From assembly GCF_009914755.1 (NCBI RefSeq), contig NC_060928.1: DNA of 64,000 bases; one strand, 5' to 3'. The stretch is from the human T2T-CHM13v2.0 reference genome, Homo sapiens. The notes beneath the pieces were generated by a model. That model ran no database searches. It saw only the letters and a program-made list of their open reading frames with translations, and had not been told where the DNA came from. The position numbers were made by a program, and so were the translations under genes. The stretch's first letter is position 1. Each line of letters starts with the position of its first letter. This document shows, piece by piece, positions 28,350 through 38,626 of the stretch.

Positions 28350-28842
28350 GGCTGTTGGCTGGAGAGAACGCTTCATCAGTTTTGACACCTATAGGAGTGG
28401 AATGGTGGTTCCACAAGAATTGCAGAAGGCGCTGACGACAATGGGATTTAGGTTGAGTCCCAAGACCGCGAATTCAATTGGAAAATGATACACCACCAAT
28501 GGAAAGATCACCATCGATGAATACATCACCTGCTGTGTCAAACTTAGGGCTCTGACAGATAGCTTTCGAAGATGGCATACTGCTCAGCAAGGCATTGTGA
28601 ATTTCCCATGTGATGATTTCATTCAATGGGTCATGAGTGTTTAATTCAAGAGTAAGCTGCATGAAAGTAATTGATATTCCAACTGGAACTCTCCTTTGCC
28701 CTTCCTCTTGGCCTTCAGCAATGTTTGTAAATTTGCATCACCACTTTCCCTCAACAGCTGTTGTAAAGGTTTGTTACTTTATGTACAACTGGAGTTTTGT
28801 TTTCAGTTTTGATAATAAATTCTTTGGAACTTTAATAAAAAA
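28350..28842 (+). pseudogene. SRIP1: 5'-truncated processed pseudogene of sorcin (penta-EF-hand protein), probably SRIP1
   Basis: Frame 28357-28644 translates [94 protein letters not shown], the C-terminal half of sorcin (about 80% identical to the sequence as I recall it). No introns, TGA at 28486-28488, 3' UTR with AATAAA at 28814 and an A remnant at 28837-28842. The parent gene is secure; the pseudogene number is from memory. Confidence 0.93.
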
Positions 28843-29018
28843 TATATTCACTCCTAGAAATACTTCCTTGAGTCCTGATGGTACATGCCACTTAATTCTT
28901 AATTAGTGGCTCCCACTCAGCCCCTAATTACATGTTATAGTTTATTGGCCCTGTGGGTCGGTCCAAAATCCCCATCTAACTGCTTGTTTTCTCTGACATC
29001 TTTGGGTACACATGAACA

Positions 29019-29424
29019 TGATAGTTTAAGTCTTCTGAAGAGTAGACAAGATAACATCAAACAAGGAAGTGATTTATTAAGGGAAATGACCATGAAAGAG
29101 TATGGGAAGTGAGACAAGGGAGGCTGGTAGAGCCATCAGACTGTCATGTGTGTCTGATCCTTAGGAAGAAGAGAAGGAAGGAAAAAACTGTTTGGGGGAT
29201 GAGTCTTAAATTTCAGCACAGTTCTAAGGAAATTCAGCAAGGCCCATGGGGAGTCTAAGTGAAAATCATACTATCTGGGTCACACTCATTATTAGCTGGG
29301 AGCAGCCCACAAGATGCTTGGCACAGGAGTAAATGATGGATGTGGGAATGTGGCAACTGTGGCCATGCGTTAATTACAATCCTAATGTCAAAGATTTCAG
29401 AGACACATTTTCAAGACTGGAACA
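29019..29424 (-). mobile_element. LTR16-family ERVL LTR, likely the 5' LTR of the adjacent provirus
   Basis: aagtgatttattaagggaaatgacc...agagccatcagactgtcatgtgtgtctga resembles the antisense LTR16 consensus. Confidence 0.65.
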
Positions 29425-29521
29425 GTATCGGCATGTGTTTATATCTACACAGATACATACATCCTCCCATATAAATAACTACAGAGCAATTGCACTTATG
29501 AAAATTTCTTTAATAAAATAT

Positions 29522-29808
29522 GGGCTGGGCACGGTGGCTTAAGGGTGTAATCCTAGCACTTTGGGAGGCTGCGGCAGGTGGATCACTTGAGCCCAGGAAT
29601 TTGAGACCCTGTCGCTACTAAAAATACAAAAATTAGCCGGGCATGGTGACAGTGTGCGCCTGTTGTCCCAGCTATTTGGGGGGCTGAGGCAGGAGGATCA
29701 CCACCTGAGCCTCTGGATGTCAAGGCTGCAGTGAGCCGTGATCATGCCACTGCACTCCAGCTTGGGTGACAGAGTAATACCCTGTCTCAAAAACAAAACA
29801 AAACAGAA
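29522..29808 (+). mobile_element. AluJ with a small left-arm deletion
   Basis: gagcccaggaatttgagacc joins directly to ctgtcgctactaaaaat; gtcaaggctgcagtgagccgtgatcatgcc is AluJ-type. Confidence 0.9.
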
Positions 29809-29899
29809 CTATTCACTCATGTACTCATGTTACTACGGTATACCAAAATATACCGTACAATAATACTATATAATATTATGATACACAACATTAGTAATT

Positions 29900-32390
29900 C
29901 TTGTTTAAACAGGCATGTAATCATGTTTTAATAACAGAAAATCTGTTAGTCATGATATTAAATAAAATTAAAAAATCATATGATTGCCAGAAATGCTAAA
30001 CTTACATTTGGTAAATATTTTTTAGCTATTTTAGATACATACAGATTTTAAAGCTATTTTAGATTTAAAAATCCTTAGTAAACAGGAATATATGGATAGC
30101 TTTTTAATGTGATTACACATATATTTAGCATTAGGTCTTGTAATAAAATACCAGCATTTCATAATCAAGATGAGCAAACATGTTTAATTAAATTTTAGTT
30201 TAATTAATTAATTTAAAATTGTTCTAGATTTACTAGTGCTACAAGTTATGAAAAAAATAATAAAATATGAAAGTAAATGAAGGAGAAAATAAAAATTTAT
30301 CATTGCAGATGACATAATCATACAACTCAAGACAATGAAATGGAATACTATTATTGCTAATAGGAACATTCAGTAATGTAGCTATATCCATTATTTATAT
30401 GTAAAAGTATTTCTCTTCCAATATACCAAAAATTTCAATGAGAAAATTAAATTAAAGAACACAACTCATTTGCATTAGGCATATAATGTGTAAAATACTT
30501 AGAAATAAACTTAACACAAACTGTGGAAGATCCATGTGAGAAAACAAATTATAAAGCTATGTAGGGTTGTAGAAGAGGGCTTTAAATAATAGAAAGACAT
30601 AATTTACTATGAAATTGGGCAGCTAAATATAAATATGTCACTTCTCTCAAAATAATATATTATTTTAACTGCATACCCTCCAGATACTGTCTTATTTTTG
30701 TCAGATTATCTCACTTTTAAAGTCTTATTAAAAGAGAACAACTGTGTATATAACCAATGAATTTCTGAAAATGGAGAGTAATGCAGATAATATATAATAG
30801 GCATTATAGCTTGTCTGAGAGAGTAGTATAACTCCCAGTGACAAAACTGACCCCTGTTCCATTCCTACAATTATTAAGTTCGGCCAAGCTGAGTTATCTC
30901 AAGACATTGAGGGTGATACATAAAGAGCTGTTTCCACTTGAAGTATATTGTGTGCTTTATCCTAGAATTCTTTCCATCTACGCATTCTTCATTCAGCAAT
31001 TGTTTATTATATTCCTATTCTATGTCAGGCTCAGCTCTTAAACCTGGGAATATAAAACAATTGCTCTATATCTCCAGGATTCACCTCATGCCATGCACAT
31101 TCTAGTTGGAGTCATGCAGTGCACTGTGTAAGTGTAAGGTTAGGTTAAGATGTACCCCAGCCCAGTGGGAGTGGTCTCTAGGAAGTGTCCAGGCAGGACT
31201 ACAGTGCTATCATGTCATTCTTTTAAGTCTGCACCTAGAAAGAGGACAGTTGAGCTTGCCGTGAAGTTCTGACTTGGCTCTCCCTGTCTCATATTTATGA
31301 TCTACCACTGTGTGTCTGTTCTGGAGACCGAGAAGTTAATGCTTCATCTATTTCTTGAGAATGTTTCTAATTTCTCTAGTCTCAAAATTGCTGAGCTGAT
31401 ATCTTTATCTTTGGTAAAACTTGTTTGATATGCCCATGTATCTCATTTCTCTTTTGAACTTGACTCACTATCATCATTTGTCAATTAAATGATTTAGGTA
31501 GGAAACTATTCTTAATACATGTTAAAATAAATTATAAAGTTGTAATACCTAAAATGCTATAATGCTGATATTGTTGGTCTGTGTCCCCACCCAAATCTCA
31601 TCTTGAATTCTAGCTCCCATAATTCCCACGTGTTGTGGGAGGGACCTGGTGGGAGATAATTAAATCATAGGGGTGGTTTCCCTTGCATTGTTCTTGTGGT
31701 ATTGAATGAGTCTCAGGAGATCTGATGGTTTTATGAGAAAAACCCCTTTCACTTGGCTCTCATTCTCTCTTGCCTGCTGCCATGTAAGACGTGACTTTTG
31801 CCTTTTGCCATGATTGTGAAGCCTCCCCAGACACGTGGAACTGTGAGTCCATTAAATCTTTTTTTCTTTATAAATTATTCAGTCTCAGGTGTGTCTTTAT
31901 CAGCAGCATGAGAACAGACTAACACAACTGCTGATTCAAAAATTAAAAATCACATCAAAGAAACACAATAGAGTTTAAAATCTATTTACATAAATATAAG
32001 AATTAGTATGTAATACAAGTGGCATTGATTATAGTGGGTCATTTAATTAGAGTTACTGAACAAAATAAAAATAGCACACAGGAAAACAAAACAAAATTTG
32101 GTTTTCATGTTAATTATTAGCCTAACAGGTTTTCAATGAGCCAAATATCTTAATATAAAATAAGAATCATTTTTTAAAAGAAATCATGAGAAGAAAACAT
32201 GGGAGACTTTATTTGCACTTATTTTTAAGCATTTCACAAAATTCTCATGCAACACTAGAGATCATTGTTGAACTCAATTGAACCATAAAATGTCTCCATA
32301 GAAAATATGTTCTTAAATAAAATCAAAATACAAACAAAAGTAAAGAATCAAAATATTCGCAACCCATATCATAGAAAAGATACTAAAAAA
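29900..32390 (+). mobile_element. Highly degraded L1M ORF2 pieces (about 29900-30800 and 31530-32390)
   Basis: A-rich; attgcagatgacataatc at ~30302 is a remnant of the RT (F/Y)ADD motif; aaaatacttagaaataaacttaac corresponds to KYLGINLT. Confidence 0.55.
31566..31926 (+). mobile_element. THE1 solo LTR
   Basis: tgatattg...ctgtgtccccacccaaatctcatcttgaatt...cagcagcatgagaacagactaacaca; 5-bp TSD aatgc/actgc. Confidence 0.92.
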
Positions 32391-33199
32391 AAAGGATACC
32401 ATGACTGTTATTTCGTTTTCCTTACTCTCTTTTTATTTTTACATCTAATGGTTGCCCTTTAGAGAGTTTAAGTATATTTTACTACTATATTTACTTTGAT
32501 ACTTTAAAAAATGACATACTGGTATAAAATGAATATTTGCTCCTTCCTTTTAAGTAATTAATTTAATGACAGTAAATTCAACTTTGGTTAATGTGATGTA
32601 AGCCTTTAAATTTTTATAGAAGTTTAGTTTAAAAGGCTAAGTAAAAAGTCACTATTGCATATTTAAAGTAATAATCTATCAGTAATACAATAATATGTGA
32701 ATCTACACAATATGTAGTCATTCTCAGGAGGAGATAAATCTTTAGTGAGAAACATTATGCAAAGTTATGATATATTTAAATGTCAATTTTGTATCCAAAA
32801 TATGTTTAGATAATTTTGAAAACTGAGAGATTGTACACTATGTATTTCACTCTCCTTTTCTTCCAGTCAATACTGAATCAAAATGTTCTTTTTTTACATC
32901 ACCTGAATATTTTATACATTTGTGATTTTATGTCAAAATTCCAAGGTAAGAAGAAAAACTGGGAAATTATGCAGCAATAAGTAAAGGAATATTTAATTAT
33001 AACCAAAATAATATACCCATTTTTCCAACCTGAAAACAAAGTTACTGGTATTGTTGGCATGCCAAAACCAACGTGTTCTGGCCAGATACAATACATTTTG
33101 ATTAGGTAAGATTATGAGAGCTTCTAAGACTTTCTTACATCTCCCTTCTTAGATAACTATATTGTCACTGCTAGGAAATGACTTTTGATATATCTGAAT

Positions 33200-33560
33200 G
33201 CCTGGCTATTGCTTTATTTTTGTCACAAATTGCATTGCATTGTTTTTTTTTTTTGTCAGAAATTTTTATTTATTTAAAGAAATAACATTGGTTATTGATT
33301 AGACATATATCTTTCTGGTTTAGGGTATGAGATACAGTGTCCAATGCAGTATCATTAGTTTAATATATATCCACTTGTGGCAATAGTGAACAGTTTCAAG
33401 AGATGAATACATAATTTAAAGGGGAAGAATGACATAACTGCACTTTCATTTCAATGTCTGAGTTTGATAACCAAAAGGACTTGCATTTTTTAGACTAAAA
33501 TTTTCTATTTCCCAAATCATAGATATATCTAACATGTCCCCAAATAGTTAATGGTATTAC
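33200..33560 (-). mobile_element. Probable ERV1-class LTR fragment, family not assigned
   Basis: Reverse complement ttcactattgccacaagt...ggacactgtatctcataccc...aatcaataaccaatgttatttct resembles a MER4-group LTR as I recall it. Confidence 0.4.
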
Positions 33561-34829
33561 AATGCAGAAAAATGCATGAATTAATTTTAAAAATAGAGAT
33601 TCTACCTTCTTTTTCTGTAACTCAGAAAAATAGGTTCAACTCATTTTAGTTATCTTGTTATAAAGAAAGCATGTTGACGTATTCTGAGTGTCGACATGTT
33701 TTTGCTGAAAGACTCTGTACAATGTATATAATAGGTTTAATTAGTAATTTTCTTACCTGTGTCAACTGAGCTTTCAGGCTGATCTTTCAAAAATGTTAAG
33801 CAGATCATGTTTTACTTGTGTTTAAAACTTCCAACTCTTGTTCAGACAAAATTTCAATTATTTAACCTGACTTAAAAAGCTCTTACTATGTGACTTCTCC
33901 TTACCTCTCCAGTCTTAGCAGTTAACACTTTCTCTATTTTACCCTCTCAACTCCTAACTTCTTAAACTCTAATTATATTGGTCTTTGTATTTTAAATTCT
34001 TTAACTGGTCATAGATTATTTCACCTTAGGACACTCACAATCTTTTTTTTTGAGAAAAATGTCTAAAATAAGCCCTACTCTTGATTTTTGATAAGTAACC
34101 TTATGATTGTCTCTTTGGTCACACAGATTTGAAAACTTTAAGTCTTCCAGTTCTCTGCCTTCCTTGCAAATTCCCAATCCCATCCCACTCTAACTGCTTT
34201 CTCTTAATCATCTTTTTACCTTTGTCACCACTATTCTCACCCAGTCCAGGGGCACGACTTCCTCAATTATTTGAACAGCCTTCTACCTAGAATCCTTGCC
34301 TTGGAGACTCTCCCATTCCTTTCCATCCTACATGCCCAGTAAGATTATTTTTCTCCCACTTCACTACTTTGACTATTTTAATCACTTGCTCAAAAGTCTT
34401 TAAGATTCCACAGAACACTTTGAATTAAAACTAAATATTCTTTTTAAAAACATTCTTAAACTCCCTATCTCCCACTACTTCCTTAAACAAATTGTTCTAC
34501 ATCTGACCATTCCCTCAATTATTCTTTTTTACTTTTACTCATACCATACACAACTCCAAGAATACCTACCTTCCTCTACCCCTCACATCCTTAATTATAG
34601 TCCTTTCCATTTCAGATACTGCAAGTTCAGACATTATGCTGCTACACTGAAAACCGTGAGTGATGTCTAATCACAATCTGTGATAGGTATTTGCTTTAAG
34701 GTGCATCTAATAACATGACAGTGATTTTCATCTCATATAACCTTCATTAACTCTGGTTCCCTGCTAAGATAAAGCCTTCCCTATAAGCCAACTGAGAATA
34801 CTGTAGTCAGAATTTACAGGTACTTCCCA

Positions 34830-35222
34830 TTGTGGTTGTTCACCTTATTTGTGCCAGTTTTTCTTCTTCTTTATTCATACCTTTTGCCATGTGAATTTGC
34901 ATTTATTCTGGGTTGGAGTCAAGTATATATTTATCCTTTTTACCTTTGACTCTGAGGCTGGCCAAAGGAATAAGGTGGATGTGACAAGGTACAATTTCTG
35001 AGCCTAGCCCTTAGAGGCCTTCCATGTTTCCACTTGTTCTCTTGCACTTGCGACGTTGCTGTCAAAAGAACATGCAATGGCTAGCTAGCAGCCTGTGCAC
35101 CTGCAGTGAGAACCAGAGCCACCCAGTTGCTGCAGCCTGAGACCAAGCTGCTCAGCTAAGCATAGCTTAGATCACCATTGAGTTCTGAGGTGGTTTGTCA
35201 TACAGCAATGGCAATCAGATAT
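34830..35222 (+). mobile_element. MLT1H-like MaLR LTR
   Basis: ttttgccatgtga...ggccaaaggaat...ttctgagcctagccctt...gagttctgaggtggtttgtcatacagcaat. Confidence 0.7.
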
Positions 35223-35592
35223 ATCCACACAAATATAATTTTAGTTTATATTTTTGTTACTGCAGTTCTCATCTTATTCTGAGGATACGTGACAAAATAA
35301 TTCTTTCAAAAATATTGATGCTGTGCCAGATTACTATTTTGAATGAATTATTAGACAAATACTTCATATGTATCTTATTATGTGGGTTTACACATTATTT
35401 AACTTATTGATTTAACTTCAAAACTAAACTTTAGTTTAGCTCTTGGGCCCTATCTGGGAAAGGGTCATCTTTTAATCACCATTAAATCACTGAAGTCATC
35501 AGTTTATTCAAAGTACTCTGCACAAAATTAGCATTCTTTAGTGGTTGTGAAATAAATAGACTTTAAACTTATCATTAATATTCCCAATGGTA

Positions 35593-36168
35593 CTATGGGG
35601 GAGGCAAAATTTTCTATCTTCTTAGTGGTTTTTTTTTTTTTGGCTAGGGCTAAGGATTAAACTGTCATATGACAGATTAACAAGAGGAAAGCATACAAAT
35701 TTATTTAATACATGTTTTATGTGGCACAGGAGCCCTCATAAAGTAATAAAAAATCCCCAAACACAGTTAGAGCTGAACATTTATATACTAATCTGGACAA
35801 AACATTTATATACTGCGTGGACAAAGAGCAGTAAATTGTGAAAATGGAACAAGGCAAGGGGGCTTAGACTACAGTAGTTAATCATCAAGAAGTGACAAAA
35901 AAAAATAAGGGTTAGTTAATAAGATTTGTTTAAGCAGATTTCTCCCAGCTTTAGCTCTCTGTCTCTGGTGATCAGAATGCACTCCTTCCTTCAGACTCAG
36001 TGAGCACATATTCCACACGGAAGATTTCTTCCCTAGCTTTTAGGAAATCCAGAGAACCCTTTTTGTATCTGTTGTTTTTTTTTTTTTTTAAATGTCTTGT
36101 CTTTAACTCAAAACAATTTATGTGCCAGGATGACATATCTTTGGATAATGTGTTCTGAACTCCTTCAG
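35593..36168 (-). mobile_element. MER34-family ERV1 solo LTR
   Basis: Reverse complement begins tgaaggagttcagaacac...ccaaagatatgtc; gacagattaacaagaggaaagcatacaaatttatt near the far end. Confidence 0.65.
35657..35680. other. 24-bp palindrome with one mismatch, resembling an I-CreI homing-endonuclease target; probably safe-harbour site SHS231
   Basis: ttaaactgtcat|atgacagattaa; fits the symmetrised I-CreI pattern CAAACTGTC-NNNN-GACAGTTTG. The palindrome is certain; the SHS231 identity is recalled. Confidence 0.7.
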
Positions 36169-36327
36169 TACATACGTATATAAATTAAAGCAAATATTTT
36201 TTATGATAAGCTGGCATAATAGTTTCATAATTTAATCACTGACTTAAAAATTTAATTAAAATTATTTTTTAATATTTTGTGTAATAATTTTTGAGGAGTA
36301 TCTTTTGTGCTTAATGAGTGGCAGATG

Positions 36328-36812
36328 ACACCCATGTTCTTAGCAGCATCATTCACAATAGCTAAAAGATAGGAACAACTGCGTATTGATGGATGAATGG
36401 ATAAGCAAAATGAGGTATATACATATAAGGGAATATTCTTCATCCTTAAAAAGGAAGGAAATTCTGACATATGCTACAACAAGGTTGAACCTCTAAGGAC
36501 ATTATGCTAAATGAAATAAACCAGTCTCAAAAAGACAAATACTATGTGATTCCAGATACATAAGGCACCTAGAGACAAACTGATAGAGACAGAAAGTAGA
36601 ATGAGTGATTACCAGGGGTTGTGAGAGGAAAAAAGAGAGGGTTGTTTGATACAGAGTTTCAGTTTTGCAAGATAAAAGAGGTAGACAGAGATAGATGGTA
36701 GTGAATGTTGCACAAGAATTCAAATGTGCTTAATGCCACTAAGTTGTGTAGTGAAAAATGATTGAAATGGAAAAATTTTATATTATATGTATCTTACCAT
36801 ACTAAAAATTGT
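36328..36812 (+). mobile_element. L1MA/L1MB 3' end
   Basis: acacccatgttcttagcagcatcattcacaatagc...aaggaaattctgacatatgctacaac...gtgcttaatgccact...atcttaccatactaaaaa. Confidence 0.88.
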
Positions 36813-37069
36813 AGAAAAGGCATGGATGCAATACATTTCACTAGCTCTTTCTAATGTGTAAATCATAGAATATGAAAAGGTTTTATTAGATATTTGAAAC
36901 TTGACATAAGTCTTATGGCATTGTTACTATTTGTTAAAGAGTTTACGTGGTGGATGAGTAAAAAGAAGCCATATATTTCTTTACAGTGACATTACCTGTG
37001 TATGGTTTAGATGGTGGTCTATGGTTGGCATACAACTAAGTGTGTTGATCACTAAATAAGCATTTTAGC

Positions 37070-37262
37070 AGGATGATTAAGACACAGATACAGTAGTCAG
37101 GGTGCAGGGATTCTGATCCCAATTCGAATATGTATCAGCTGCAAGAACTTGAGGAAATTATTTACTCTCAGTTTCCTCATCTGTGCATGAATCAATATAT
37201 ACAAAGTGCTCAGAATACGGCCTGGCACATTGCCAACATTACAATGTTAGCTTTCACTATTC
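37070..37262 (+). mobile_element. MIR
   Basis: Core ctcagtttcctcatctgt; aaagtgctcagaatacggcctggcacat. Confidence 0.75.
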
Positions 37263-37899
37263 TACTGAGAAATCTTGAGATGAAAATCTAAATTCTGTCA
37301 CCTTTCAGGAAAGCCTGGCAATAAGAATATTTTAGTAAACATGACCTAATACTAACTTTACACTCTCAGGAAGATGTGGATTCTAAGAAAACAGATATTT
37401 TGCAGGAGATAGGCAGAATCTCCCTTTCTTTGACTTAATTGAATGCTGTACCTAGGTAACTGGTTCTTCTAAGTGCTTATTCAGTCAAGCCTGTGGAAAG
37501 TAAAGGTACAAGAATTTATAGCTCAGGGCTTCTTTGTTTCTATATTGAATGTACACATATACGTGAGTAAAGGGGAATAGAACCTATTATTACCATGGTA
37601 GAGGTATTTTGGCCTCTTTCTTTTTAAGTGCACTTCCAGTAGGCATCTCTCCTCCCTGTTCATTTAAATAATCAGCAATTGGTGCAGCCTTAGCAGCTTA
37701 GCAGAAGGTGGGAGCTTATTTATGTCTCCTATTAGTCCATAAAGAGAAGAATCAGATCAAGGAGTACTTTGTTATCATTTCTCTAGAGAAATGAAGAAGT
37801 TTCTTCCCTCTATGTTCATATTTCTTGTGTTGTGAAGCACTAATGAAGACACTAATTAGTCATTTCATGGCCTGGAGTTCCCTTGGATGTTTTCAAGGC

Positions 37900-38626
37900 C
37901 GTCTTAGACTGTTTTCTGTTGCTGTAACAGAATACCACAGAGTGGGTAATTTATAAGGAAAATAAACTTGTTTCTACAGTTCTGGAGACTGGGATGTTCA
38001 ATATCAAGTTGTTGGCATCTGGCAAGGGCCTTCCTGATGCACAATCTCATGGCAGAAGGCAGAAAGGCAAGACAGCCCAAGAGAGTGAGAGAGTGAGAAT
38101 ATTGTTGCAGGACTTTTCCTTAGTTCAACTAAAGATGGGGTCCTTGTTCCATGGCCATGAAAATTTAGGCTCGCAGATGATTTGAAGAGTGAGTTAAAAA
38201 GGGTTTTATTGGGTGAAAAGGAAAAATGGGGGAACCCGGACTTTCTGCAAGGCCAGAGTTCCTTTAGTGTGCTTCCCATCTCACAACTTGAATTCCAGGT
38301 TCCATTCCGGAAGAGAAGGAACCAGACTCCTACTCACTGCAAAGGCACAAACTTCTCTGGCTCCACCCCAGTGTGCACTTCTTCCAGTGCACAGGTCTGT
38401 TGGAGACTCTGGCAGGCAGCCCTTCCCACCTGACTGTCTCAGAATGGGGACTGAATTCATCCCTTTGTCAGGAACTCACTCTGGTGATAAATAACCCACC
38501 CGTGTTATGACAGCATTAATCCCTCATGACCTAATCACCACTTGTAAGTGCCATCTGTCAACACTGTTGCATTGGGGATTAAGTTTCCAACACATGTGCT
38601 TCGGTGGATACATTCAAACCACAGCA
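37900..38626 (-). mobile_element. MSTC/MSTD-like LTR split by a nested LTR
   Basis: gtcttagactgttttctgttgctgtaacagaataccacagag to 38100; resumes at 38442 and ends cattcaaaccacagca. Confidence 0.8.
38103..38441 (-). mobile_element. MER61-like ERV1 solo LTR
   Basis: tgttgcaggacttttccttagttca...cttcccacctgactgtctca; TG...CA ends; gaat near both junctions. Confidence 0.75.

Larger units (their letters stand above)
26490..29018 (-). mobile_element. Decayed ERVL-class proviral interior (HERV16/ERV3-16A3-like gag region), interrupted by AluY and the SRI retrocopy
   Basis: Minus-strand reading of ~27250-27535 gives ERVL gag-like remnants (IFRVLDQ..NIRLDKG..DGPNSL..ELPWKMVE) with many stops; adjoins an LTR16-like LTR. 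Confidence 0.65.

Noticed and set aside
28100-28906. Supplied ORFs overlapping the pseudogene
   Set aside because: Wrong frame or strand; the meaningful frame starts at 28357 and has an internal stop
33242-33700. Poly(T) followed by tttatt, suggesting a minus-strand 3'-UTR retrocopy
   Set aside because: The adjacent sequence resembles an ERV1-class LTR and I see no TSD; a BLAST against mRNAs would settle it
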